From NCBI GenBank assembly GCA_964565565.1, contig CAZMFM010000002.1, positions 27,674 through 91,673 of the forward strand: a DNA stretch of 64,000 nucleotides, written 5' to 3'. Below the pieces are notes generated by a model. It made no database searches and was not told the origin of the DNA. It saw nothing but the letters and a program-made list of their open reading frames with translations. Both the position numbers and the translations under genes were made by a program. The stretch is from an uncultured Spirochaetaceae bacterium. GTDB lineage: Bacteria; Myxococcota_A; UBA9160; UBA4427. How positions within the stretch are numbered: position 1 is the stretch's first letter; the number at the start of each line of letters is the position of its first letter. This document shows, in pieces, positions 19,012 to 27,619 of this stretch.

Positions 19012-19614
19012 ATGATGGATCTGAGGATCGCACTGCTGCTTGCTGGATTGACGCTCTTCGCGAGCCCAGCGAGTAGCTCGGTTGACTCGACTCTACCGGC
19101 GCCTGGTTTTGAGTTGAAGAGTTTTGACGGGGTCTCGTTTTCGCTCGAGGACTATGCCGATCGAACCGTCGTTCTCGAGTGGTTTGGCCATGCTTGTGAG
19201 TTTACCTGGAGCCACTACCGACAGGGCCATATGTCGAAGCTGCAGGAAGAGTACACGGCGCGGGGCGTCGTTTGGCTGACAATCGATTCGAGTCGATTTC
19301 CACTGTCACGAGAGAAGATGCGCGCGCGTGCTGAGAAATGGGGCATTCAAAGCACCGCGATCCTAAAGGACTCAGAAGGCGTGGCCGCACGTCGCTATGG
19401 GACTCGGGTGACACCCCAGGCATTCGTCATTCATCACGGACGTGTCGTCTACCAGGGAGCGATCGACGACCGCGGGAGCTTTGCGGGACTCCTACAGGAC
19501 CGGTCGACCGCCAGGAATTACGTACGCCAGTCGCTTGAGGAAGTGCTCGCGGGGAAGCCGGTCTCAGTCCCGGAAACGAAACCCTATGGCTGCATTGTCT
19601 GGCACAAAAAGTAG
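19012..19614 (+). CDS. secreted thioredoxin-fold (redoxin/AhpC-TSA-like) protein with a degenerate active site
   Basis: Signal peptide. ..VVLEWFGHACEFTWSHY.. sits where CxxC or CP motifs occur, so only one Cys is present. C-terminal ..KPYGCIVWHKK. Confidence 0.65.
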   Translation: MMDLRIALLLAGLTLFASPASSSVDSTLPAPGFELKSFDGVSFSLEDYADRTVVLEWFGHACEFTWSHYRQGHMSKLQEEYTARGVVWLTIDSSRFPLSREKMRARAEKWGIQSTAILKDSEGVAARRYGTRVTPQAFVIHHGRVVYQGAIDDRGSFAGLLQDRSTARNYVRQSLEEVLAGKPVSVPETKPYGCIVWHKK

Positions 19615-20236
19615 GGGAGATGTCCTCCCTTTCGAAATCAAGTCTGACGACGGTCAGTGGCTCAGGAGAAGAGACGTGTGCGACAGAGAGATCATTCGAG
19701 AGAGTCGTGCGATCGAGAGCTTGCTAGAAGGGTTTGAAAGTCGGTTCCCATCGCGAAGTGATTTTCAAGGCTACGTCAATCATTGCTTGCGGATGTTGAA
19801 TGTCGCCCTTGCTCTCTGTGAGGATGAGCCCGATCGGCGTGAGAAGATCGAGATCGCGCTGGCCTTTCATGATTTGACGATTTTTCCGGATAGGACGTTG
19901 GACTATCTGGAGAGTTCGGCTGAGCTCGCACGTCAGCATCTCGCGGCGATCGGGCGGCACGAGTGGTCCGAAGAGATCACGCTCATGATTGCGAAGCACC
20001 ACAAAATCGGCGCCTATACCGGGAAGTCCGCGAATCTGGTCGAAGCTTTCCGAAAGGCCGACTGGTTGGATGTGACATACGGGTTGCGGCGGTATGGGCT
20101 TCCTCGCCGCTGGGTCCGAAGTCTCTATCGAGCGCTACCTCTTTGCCGATTCCCGAGAACCGTGTTCGGCCTGATTCCAATCTACATGGTTCGGCATCCG
20201 CGCAACCCGTTGCCCAATTTCCGGGCTGGAGCCTGA
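19586..20236 (+). CDS. HD-domain-like protein
   Basis: ..HCLRMLNVALAL..IEIALAFHDLTIF..MIAKHHKIG.. fits the H..HD..H pattern. The first in-frame ATG overlaps the upstream gene by 29 nt, so the start is uncertain. Confidence 0.5.
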   Translation: MAALSGTKSRGDVLPFEIKSDDGQWLRRRDVCDREIIRESRAIESLLEGFESRFPSRSDFQGYVNHCLRMLNVALALCEDEPDRREKIEIALAFHDLTIFPDRTLDYLESSAELARQHLAAIGRHEWSEEITLMIAKHHKIGAYTGKSANLVEAFRKADWLDVTYGLRRYGLPRRWVRSLYRALPLCRFPRTVFGLIPIYMVRHPRNPLPNFRAGA

Positions 20237-20409
20237 ACGGGGAACCTCAGAAGTGGCGCCAAGCGCAGGCCGGTCGACGGGTCATGGAGAACTTCCCCAT
20301 CAATCAAGAATTCGGATCCGTCGAGGGACTCGAGGTCATCGCGCGGCGAGCCGACGCATAGCCTGTTCCACCTGCGAGTCTATTCGCGACGCGAGGTCGT
20401 TCAGGTTGC

Positions 20410-20703
20410 TCAGGCGTTCGGCGCGGATCCCTCGTTGGTGGCTGCGACGATCGCGTGGGTGTCTCGCTCTTGCCAGAACGATGTGAGCGCATCGATGACC
20501 GCCGCGTGATCGCGAAAGTGGTGGTAAAAGCTGCCACGCGTTCGGCCGCTGGCCGTGCATAGCCGTTCGATGGTCAACGCCGCCGGCCCATTGCGGCCGA
20601 GCAACGACAGGCCGAGCCCGGTCCAGTCGCTCCGACGGAAACGCCGGCTCACATAACGAGGCCCAAGCTTCCAAGCGCCGCGATCGGGAGAAAGAGCGTC
20701 CAC
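20410..20703 (-). pseudogene. TetR-like HTH fragment (97 codons, ligand-binding domain missing or frameshifted)
   Basis: ..GPAALTIERLCTASGRTRGSFYHHFRDH.. is a TetR HTH, but the ORF ends after about 40 further residues. A helical tail (..LNDLASRIDSQVEQAMRRLAAR*) continues in another frame down to 20336. Confidence 0.35.
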
Positions 20704-20792
20704 TGAAGCGGCTTTGTGCGATATATGCCATTCGGCCTATTACGCTCCTTGTACGCAGCGCGGATCCTCCTCGCCAACCAGGAGGACACCGC

Positions 20793-23048
20793 ATGGCCCC
20801 GCACGATCGCCCGTCGCTTTCCACCCGCCTCCCTCTCGCTCTGGCGCTCACGATCTTCGCCTTGCCCGGGGCGTCCGCGGCGGGAGGCCCCCTCGATCCG
20901 CTGGACTTCGTGTCGCTCGGCACCCTCACGCTCGGAAGCGACAGCTTCACGATCGACACCGACACCCTCGAGATCCGGGACGGGTCGAGCACGCTGCTCT
21001 TCACCGGTGTGGTCGACGATCAGGACGGCACGGCCGACTACCTGAATAACGTCTGGATCCCGGCGTCGAACGGCATTCCCGAGATCGCGGTCTTCACATT
21101 CGACAATATCGACCTTCAGTCGAGCGCGACCCTCACGGTCCTGGGCAGCCGAGCGCTGGCGCTGCTTTCCCGCGGCAGAGCCTCGATCGACACGACGATC
21201 GACCTGAGTCCTCCGGACCTCATCATTCCAGCCAGCCCGTTCAGCCCGCCAGCCGTCCCGTCCACCGTCGGCTTCGCAGGCGGTTTCAGCGGCGGTCCCC
21301 TCAGTGCGCCCGGCGACGGCCCCGGCGGTGGACTGACAGCAACCGCCACGGTCCAAGGTGGAGGGCCGGCGGGCTTCGGCGGGCCTGGAAGACAGCAGGG
21401 CGTTGCGTTCGCGGGGTCGGCCTACGGGGATATCGCGTTCGGCCCGCTCCAAGGGGGCAGCGGAGGCAGCGCATTTGCAGGGTTCACGGGCGCCGCCGCC
21501 GGCGGCGGCGCCTTGGAGATCTCCGCGGCGGGCCCCGTCACGCTGGGACCGAACGGCTCCCTGGTGGCAGCCGGCGGCAAGGTCTTTGACAATTTCAGCA
21601 CTAGCTTCAAGATCGGCGGCGGTCCCGGCGCCGGAGGGGGAATCCGACTGAGTGGCGCGGCGGTCCATCTTCTTGGCACGGTCGATGCTGGCGGCTTTCG
21701 ATTCGACACCCTCTCTAACTGGGCCGGCGGGGGCCGCGTCGCCGTCTTCGGCTACAACCAGCTTCCGGAGTTCGTAGTGGGTGGGACGACGCCAGGCATG
21801 ATCGATACCTCGATGATCAATGTCGAGGGAGGCCAGATTACCTTTAGCCCTGTAAGCGATGCCATTACGCGCGGCGTCATCACAGTCACCCCGCAGATCA
21901 CGACGATCCCCTTCGGCCAGACGTTTACGCTCGGCGAGATCACCGACCTGAGCGATGCGAATCGAAACCTCTTCCTCGTCCACCGGGACCTGCGCGTCTC
22001 CGATGGCGGCACGGTTGCGGTGCCCGCCGGCGGCATCGCCCAAAGCGGCCGAATCGAACTCTTTCCGCCCTCGGCGAGCATCACGGGCGTCGACCCGCTC
22101 ACGAATGGCGGAGAGATCACGGGCAGCGGCGTCGTCGGGGTCGATCTCACCAACGAGGTGGGCGGCACGATCGATGCGGTCAACGACGCGCTTACCTTTA
22201 CCAATCCCGTCGTCAACGCCGCCGGCGCCCAGATCAACGCGATCGGCAGCACGCTCGACTTCCAGGGTGGGCTGACTAACAACGCGGGCAGCCAGATCAA
22301 TCTGATCAACACGACGGTCAGCGGCAGTGTCGCGAGCGTCGCCTCGGCCGGGGTGATGATCGCGGGCTCTGTGACGTTCGGCGGCGAGGTCAGCGGGACC
22401 GCCGACTTCGGCGGCACCGGGACCACCGTCTTCCAGGGCGGCTATCGGCCCGGGGCGAGCCCTGGATGGGTTTCGTTCGGCGGTGATGTGGTCTTCGACA
22501 CCGGCAGCACATTGTTCGCTGAGATCGGCGGGCTCTTGCCCGGCTTGGACCACGATCGCATCGACGTTTCCGGCGACGCCATTTTTGAGGGTGCCCTCGA
22601 CCTGTCTCTGGTCGGAGGTTTTACGCCGATCGCTGGGCAGGTGCTGACACTGCTGACGCACGCTTCGGCCGCAGGCGAGTTCGCTTCAATCGCTGGTGTC
22701 TCGGCCGGAGCCCTCGACCTCGCCGTGGCCTACGGAACCAACGCGCTGACCGTCACCACGGCGCTACGCGGTGACGTGAATCTAGATGGGACGGTCACCA
22801 ACGCCGACCGCGTACTCGTCGAGCAGAACCTGGGTTTCTTCACCACCGCCTATTCCTCCGGCGACGTGAACGGCAGCGGCATCGTCGACACCGCAGACCT
22901 CGACATCGTCCTTGAAGCGCTCGGCGCCGGCGCGACGGCGGTCCCGGCGTTGCCAGCGAGTGGCCTCGTCCTGCTTGTAGCCATCCTCACCTTGACGGTC
23001 TTGCTGTGCGGGGTGGCGCCGTCGATCTACTCGCGCCGGGCACTGTGA
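20793..23048 (+). CDS. large secreted Gly-rich beta-helix-like repeat protein with dockerin-type Ca-binding repeats and a VPAL+TM+RR C-terminal tail
   Basis: Signal peptide ..ALALTIFALPGASAA. Long G/A/T/S-rich repeats. Dockerin-like GDVNLDGTVTNADRVLV and GDVNGSGIVDTADLDIV. Tail ..TAVPALPASGLVLLVAILTLTVLLCGVAPSIYSRRAL*. Confidence 0.8.
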   Translation: MAPHDRPSLSTRLPLALALTIFALPGASAAGGPLDPLDFVSLGTLTLGSDSFTIDTDTLEIRDGSSTLLFTGVVDDQDGTADYLNNVWIPASNGIPEIAVFTFDNIDLQSSATLTVLGSRALALLSRGRASIDTTIDLSPPDLIIPASPFSPPAVPSTVGFAGGFSGGPLSAPGDGPGGGLTATATVQGGGPAGFGGPGRQQGVAFAGSAYGDIAFGPLQGGSGGSAFAGFTGAAAGGGALEISAAGPVTLGPNGSLVAAGGKVFDNFSTSFKIGGGPGAGGGIRLSGAAVHLLGTVDAGGFRFDTLSNWAGGGRVAVFGYNQLPEFVVGGTTPGMIDTSMINVEGGQITFSPVSDAITRGVITVTPQITTIPFGQTFTLGEITDLSDANRNLFLVHRDLRVSDGGTVAVPAGGIAQSGRIELFPPSASITGVDPLTNGGEITGSGVVGVDLTNEVGGTIDAVNDALTFTNPVVNAAGAQINAIGSTLDFQGGLTNNAGSQINLINTTVSGSVASVASAGVMIAGSVTFGGEVSGTADFGGTGTTVFQGGYRPGASPGWVSFGGDVVFDTGSTLFAEIGGLLPGLDHDRIDVSGDAIFEGALDLSLVGGFTPIAGQVLTLLTHASAAGEFASIAGVSAGALDLAVAYGTNALTVTTALRGDVNLDGTVTNADRVLVEQNLGFFTTAYSSGDVNGSGIVDTADLDIVLEALGAGATAVPALPASGLVLLVAILTLTVLLCGVAPSIYSRRAL

Positions 23049-23206
23049 GGTGGCCCGAATTTTCCGATCGCGCGAGGTCCGTCTTCGCGACGGACGTGGG
23101 TGGCGATGGCGAGATGGCGACATGGACGTGCTCTCGGCAATCCGGGGATCGTGACAAGATCGGGTGGTACGAGAACACCAACTTAATCGGATCATCGCAG
23201 AAGTGC

Positions 23207-23611
23207 TCAGGCCGAGACGCCAAACGCCCGCGCAAGCATCGCGGTATCGCCAATGTGTTGGAGATGTACGATTCGTTGATTCTGAATCGTCACGATGTCG
23301 ATCTCGTCCGCGGACTCGCCGCCGAGAGCCACTCGCGAGAGCACTACGACGCGCTCGGGTGCGACTTGCCAGGTTTCCAAAGGCTCGATCCGAAGGCCAC
23401 GCTCGAGTAGCGGCTGGACCATTTCGGCAAGGGCGATATGACCACGATGCTCGCCACTCACGGGGGAGTCTCCCGGCTGAAGCCAAACGGCGTCCGAGTC
23501 AAAGGTATTGAGCGCAGCGGCGAGGTCACCGCTCGCGAGGGCGCGGTACATTCGCATCGTGATCGCTCTAGGGTCGGTGGAGTCGGTGGGAAAGTCGATT
23601 GATTTCGTCAT
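23207..23611 (-). CDS. SnoaL/NTF2-like fold protein
   Basis: ..MRMYRALASGDLAAALNTFDSDAVW.. is typical of SnoaL-like domains. Divergent from the LysR gene. Confidence 0.7.
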   Translation of the reverse strand: MTKSIDFPTDSTDPRAITMRMYRALASGDLAAALNTFDSDAVWLQPGDSPVSGEHRGHIALAEMVQPLLERGLRIEPLETWQVAPERVVVLSRVALGGESADEIDIVTIQNQRIVHLQHIGDTAMLARAFGVSA

Positions 23612-23675
23612 GCGCTCAGTATCTCGAAGCTCGAAAGATGCACAAGTGAAGTTATCGAGCATCTGATATACATTT

Positions 23676-24554
23676 TTGAATATGACAATTTTCGATTGGG
23701 ACGACCTGAAGTTCTTTCACGCGGTGGCGCTCCATGGGTCGCTATCGAAGGCGGCGGCCGCTGTGGGTTCGAGTCAGCCTACCGTGGGGCGGCGAATCAC
23801 CGCTCTCGAAGAAGATCTAGGCATTTCGCTCTTTCACAGGGACGGCCGCGGATACTCGATCACCGAGGCTGGAGCACGGCTGCTGGAGCCGGTATCCGAA
23901 ATGGAGACGTTGTCGTGGCGGATCGGGCGGGAGGCGCGCGCGAGTGCTGTACCACTTCGGGGGCAAGTTCGCGTTTCTGCGCCAGAAGGGTTAGTCGTCG
24001 AGTGGCTGGTTCGACAACTGCGCGATTTGCGACGTCAGTATCCCGAGGTCTGCATTTCAATCGCCGGGGAGTCGGCGGTTGCGGACGTGGACCGTCTCGG
24101 AGCCGACGTGGCGATTCGGATGTTTCGGCCTAACTCGCCAAGGCTCGTCTCGACCGAGGTTGGAGCGTACAAGAACGGACTCTATGCAGGAGAATCCTAT
24201 CTGACTGAGCGCGGACGACCTCGCCGAGTTTCCGACCTGGAAAATCTGGATTGGATCACATTCGACGAGGACCTATCGCGGATGCCAGAAGCGCGTTGGT
24301 TAGCCACTCGGACCGCGGGGAGAGAGCCGGCAGTGAGAAGCAACAGTGGCTTGGTCCAAAGGGCGGCAGCGTTCGCTGGCCTGGGTGTAGCGATGTTGCC
24401 GGAGTATCTGGGAGACGGTTACGACGGGCTGATTCGCGTGCTCCCGCGCGTCGCTTTACCCAGTCGACGCTTCTGGCTTGTTGCGCATGAAGACGTCGCC
24501 CGCGCGAGCAGCGTTCAAGCTGTACTCGAATTCCTTCGTGCGGCGTTCGCGTAG
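23676..24554 (+). CDS. LysR family transcriptional regulator
   Basis: HTH ..LKFFHAVALHGSLSKAAAAVGSSQPTVGRRITALEEDLG.. plus a substrate-binding domain. TTG at 23676 or ATG at 23682. Confidence 0.9.
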   Translation: MNMTIFDWDDLKFFHAVALHGSLSKAAAAVGSSQPTVGRRITALEEDLGISLFHRDGRGYSITEAGARLLEPVSEMETLSWRIGREARASAVPLRGQVRVSAPEGLVVEWLVRQLRDLRRQYPEVCISIAGESAVADVDRLGADVAIRMFRPNSPRLVSTEVGAYKNGLYAGESYLTERGRPRRVSDLENLDWITFDEDLSRMPEARWLATRTAGREPAVRSNSGLVQRAAAFAGLGVAMLPEYLGDGYDGLIRVLPRVALPSRRFWLVAHEDVARASSVQAVLEFLRAAFA

Positions 24555-24837
24555 AGTCGGAAGAGTCGGGTACGTCGTCAGGGGCAACGCAACCAAGTGG
24601 AGTGCGTTCCCTTGCCCGAGGTGGCCTGCGAGTCTGGCGATGGCGTTCTGCAGCCGGGGTACGGTCGTCTCTATCAAGCGGAGGATTCTGGCGTCCGAAA
24701 AGGATTGCAATGGCGATATTGCGGAGATCGACGCGCAGCGGGAGGAAACGGACGCGAGTGCGGGTCATAGGAAAACGAGCTGTGCAGGTTGGCCTTTTCT
24801 TCATGAGCGCCCTTCTTTCGGGTCATGACGGTTTCCG

Positions 24838-26286
24838 TCAGAGGATCCCGGCCTTGGCGAGTGCAGACTCGAGGCCATCGTGGGATTCGGGTGGAGCGAA
24901 GACCCGCATGGTGAGTAGCGGCGAATAGCCCGGCGCGATCGCCTTCATCTTTTGGATCAAGCGCTGCGCTTCGGCGTGCTCCCCACGTAGCGCGTGCAAG
25001 AGAGCGAGAAATGGATACGCATGCGGTAGCTCGGGACCCAGTTGCCGCCCGCGTTCGAAGGCGGCTTCGGCTTCCTCGATACGACCCAGGGCGGTCAGGT
25101 AGCCACCGCGGTTGAGATGCGCTGCGGCGAGAATCGGATCCTCGGGACACAGACGGAATACCCGATCGAGCCAGAGCAGCGCCTGTTCTGGATTGCCGTT
25201 CGCGCCCTCCGCGATCGCGATTCCCCAGACGGCAAAGGTCATGCTAGGCCCCAGTTCGACAGCACGCTGCATCGCGGACAGTGCGCCTTTCTGATCGCCC
25301 CGGGCCAGTCGGGACATGCCGATCGCGAGGGGTGTAAAGGGATCCGTGGCGTCGAGCTCGACCAGCTTGTCGACGGCGCGGTCGAGCAGGGTGATGGGAT
25401 CGGCCGTGTCATCGTGATGACCGAATTGGTAGAGGTGGAACTGGCAAAAGCTCGACACGGCCCAGGCGATCGAGAGTTCGGGGTCGAGTTCAGTGGCGCG
25501 GTCGAGACAGGTCTGCGCTTCGAGCAGGCCGGCCAGGCTATTTTGTCCGCTGTGGACGTAGGCGCGTTGGAGACTTTGCCAGGCGTCGAGCTGATCGGGT
25601 CGATGGGAGAGGACGCGCAGTCCTTCGATGCGGAGCAGGGCGGGTTCGAGGGACGCCACGATCGAAGCGACGATCTCGTCGGTGATGTCGAAGACGTTCG
25701 CGAGCTCACAGTCGTAGCGCTCGGCCCAGACGTGTGTGGCGGTCGCGCCATCGAGTACCTGAACGGTGATGCGCACGCGATCGCCGGTGCGCCGTACGCT
25801 GCCCTCGACGATGAAGCCCGCCCCGAGTGCGCGACTCACGGCCTGGACGTCGATGGCCTTGTCCTTGTACGCGAAGGTGGAGTTGCGTGCGATCACCGGG
25901 AACCAGCGCCAATTGGCGAGGCTCGTGGTGAGATCCTCAACGATTCCGTCGGCCAGGAAATCCTGTTCCCGGTCACTCGAAAAATTGTCGAAGGGCAGCA
26001 CGGCGATCGCGCGGCGATTACCGAAGCCCGAAACGTTGAAGTCTTCGCGCACCTCGTCGTGTTTCGCCCCGAGGCCGAGTTCATGCAATCGAGTCGTTGC
26101 TTCGGTGCGGTTCGTCACGTCGAGCGCCCGGATCACGGCGGCGACATGGACCTTGGCTGTGCCGGGACTGATCTCGAGAACGCCACCGATCTCCTTGTTG
26201 GTGAGGCCCTTGGCCATCAACTCCAAGACCTCGAGCTGTCGGGGCGTCAGTAGCTCTGGAGTGGGATCGGGGAGCGCCGCGGACAT
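24838..26286 (-). CDS. LuxR/GerE-type HTH regulator fused to a TolB-like module and TPR repeats (copy 1)
   Basis: LTPRQLEVLELMAKGLTNKEIGGVLEISPGTAKVHVAAVIRAL is a GerE HTH. It is followed by AIAVLPFDNFSSD..FLADGIVEDLTTSLAN..VIARNSTFAYK..FIVEGSVRRTGDRVRITVQVLD..HVWAERYD (TolB-like module) and then TPR-like helices. No TM segment. The start is ATG 26286, or TTG 26343 as in the track. Confidence 0.85.
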   Translation of the reverse strand: MSAALPDPTPELLTPRQLEVLELMAKGLTNKEIGGVLEISPGTAKVHVAAVIRALDVTNRTEATTRLHELGLGAKHDEVREDFNVSGFGNRRAIAVLPFDNFSSDREQDFLADGIVEDLTTSLANWRWFPVIARNSTFAYKDKAIDVQAVSRALGAGFIVEGSVRRTGDRVRITVQVLDGATATHVWAERYDCELANVFDITDEIVASIVASLEPALLRIEGLRVLSHRPDQLDAWQSLQRAYVHSGQNSLAGLLEAQTCLDRATELDPELSIAWAVSSFCQFHLYQFGHHDDTADPITLLDRAVDKLVELDATDPFTPLAIGMSRLARGDQKGALSAMQRAVELGPSMTFAVWGIAIAEGANGNPEQALLWLDRVFRLCPEDPILAAAHLNRGGYLTALGRIEEAEAAFERGRQLGPELPHAYPFLALLHALRGEHAEAQRLIQKMKAIAPGYSPLLTMRVFAPPESHDGLESALAKAGIL

Positions 26287-26402
26287 GGGGTCGAGTATAG
26301 CGGGCGTCGATGAGCGGCCTAATGCGATCTTCCGTCTAGGCAAGTCGCGCGTGGCGAGAACTGAGAATCGCCGTCGTCACCCTTAGGCCGCCAATTCTTG
26401 AT

Positions 26403-26420
26403 ATAGCCCAATTGGCCTAT
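26403..26420. promoter_or_regulatory. quasi-palindromic box ATAGCCCAATTGGCCTAT (candidate operator), copy A
   Basis: 16/18 self-complementary. It lies in the divergent intergenic region between the LuxR-type gene and the PEP-CTERM gene. 54 nt separate the box from the ATG at 26475. Confidence 0.35.
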
Positions 26421-26474
26421 TTCGGATCCGAGCGGCTCGCCCGAAGATGCTCCAGAACGAATTGGGAGCCTGAC

Positions 26475-27320
26475 ATGAACGATTTTTCGACTGGATCCAT
26501 CCGCATCGCCGCGCCCTTCGTGCTCGCGCAGACGAGTTTGTCCGCTCGCTTCAGGGCGCTGCACTTGTTTATTCACTTTCGCTCGACATTCCTGATCGCC
26601 ACCCTCGCGCTGCTCATCGGCATTTCAACCCATGCCGCGACGGCAGGCACGATCGACCTCAACGGGTCGTTGCTCGCGTCGGATGCCACCGGCCCCGTGA
26701 TGCTCACGGTCCCGGGCCCGATCGCACTCCAAGCGTTCAACGCGCTCGATAACGGCTTCGCCAGCGTGACCACGGTTACCGATTTTCCGTCGTTCGCGGG
26801 AGTGGATCCGCTCGAAATTGCGATCACATTCGGTGATCTCGAGCGATTGAGTACAGTTTTTTCGCCGGCGGGCTGCGCGCCGGTTGGCGGTGATCCCTTT
26901 TCGAATTGTGCGACGGTCTCGAATCAATACGGCGAGGGAGACGGCAGTCCCAGTTTCTTTGCTGTCGATGTGCTCGGTGTAGGCACCGTCCTCTCGGGTG
27001 AGTTCATCTCACTCGTCGCCACGACCGACAGCGACATCTCCTCTCCAGGATTCGGATCAGCGACCGCGAGCGGATCGGTCCTGATCACCGGCGGCCTGGC
27101 GCCCTACCTCACGGACGTACTGGCGATGACTGGCGGCACTGGCATCGGCATTCTGGACATCGCCTCGTTCAACTCGCTTTGCACCACGGGAGCCGACCCG
27201 TGCAGCTTCTCGGTCACCGGATCGTTGATGTTTGTTCCGGAGCCTTCAACGGCTCTGCTCATTGGTGGTGGCCTCGCTGTCCTGTCCGTTCGCCGTCGGC
27301 GCGCCGATCAAACTGCCTAA
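26475..27320 (+). CDS. PEP-CTERM-anchored secreted protein
   Basis: SD GGGAG upstream of the ATG. Signal/TM FLIATLALLIGISTHAATA. C-terminus ..MFVPEPSTALLIGGGLAVLSVRRRRADQTA* has PEP, a TM helix and an Arg cluster. Confidence 0.8.
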   Translation: MNDFSTGSIRIAAPFVLAQTSLSARFRALHLFIHFRSTFLIATLALLIGISTHAATAGTIDLNGSLLASDATGPVMLTVPGPIALQAFNALDNGFASVTTVTDFPSFAGVDPLEIAITFGDLERLSTVFSPAGCAPVGGDPFSNCATVSNQYGEGDGSPSFFAVDVLGVGTVLSGEFISLVATTDSDISSPGFGSATASGSVLITGGLAPYLTDVLAMTGGTGIGILDIASFNSLCTTGADPCSFSVTGSLMFVPEPSTALLIGGGLAVLSVRRRRADQTA

Positions 27321-27541
27321 GGGCGGGACGGTGATCGCGCGGCGATTGCCGATTTCCTGAACATTGAAGCCTTCGCCGCCTCGTCGTGCTGCGTCGCGGG
27401 GCCCGGTTCGTGGAGTCGATTCAAAGCTTCGGTGCGGTTCCTCCTCACGTCGACCGCCCGGATCACGGTGGCGACATGAACTCTGGCCGTACCGGGACGG
27501 ATCTCGAGAACGCCACCGATCGCGTTTTTGAGCGGCCACTT
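27320..27541 (-). pseudogene. decayed partial copy of the LuxR-type regulator (HTH segment only)
   Basis: The minus-strand translation GGVLEIRPGTARVHVATVIRAVDVRRNRTEALNRLHE matches copy 1 (GGVLEISPGTAKVHVAAVIRALDVTNRTEATTRLHE). The DNA aligns by eye with about 26003-26195. No start codon, frameshifted, and no TolB-like/TPR part. Confidence 0.7.
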
Positions 27542-27547
27542 TCCGGC

Positions 27548-27565
27548 ATAGCCCGATCGGCCTAT
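27548..27565. promoter_or_regulatory. quasi-palindromic box ATAGCCCGATCGGCCTAT, copy B
   Basis: Same box and the same 54-nt spacing to the ATG at 27620. It lies inside the duplicated leader block 27543-27655, which matches 26398-26510. Confidence 0.35.
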
Positions 27566-27619
27566 TTCGACTCCGACCGACTCGTCCGAAGATGCTTCCA
27601 CACGAATTGGGAGCCCGAC

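Noticed and set aside
20649-22661. 670-aa ORF on the minus strand, the second-longest ORF in this part of the track
   Set aside because: It lies entirely antisense to the well-supported secreted repeat protein 20793..23048. Its composition is R/A/G/D-rich and lacks domains or signals. It is a typical GC-rich shadow ORF.
25042-26253. 403-aa plus-strand ORF, with similar long shadows at 28010..29206 (-), 30752..31942 (-), 50503..51594 (-), 5526..6407 (-), 16111..16881 (+) and 58654..59409 (-)
   Set aside because: Each is antisense to, or out of frame with, a gene that has clear family motifs. All are Arg/Gly/Pro/Asp-rich with no recognisable motif.
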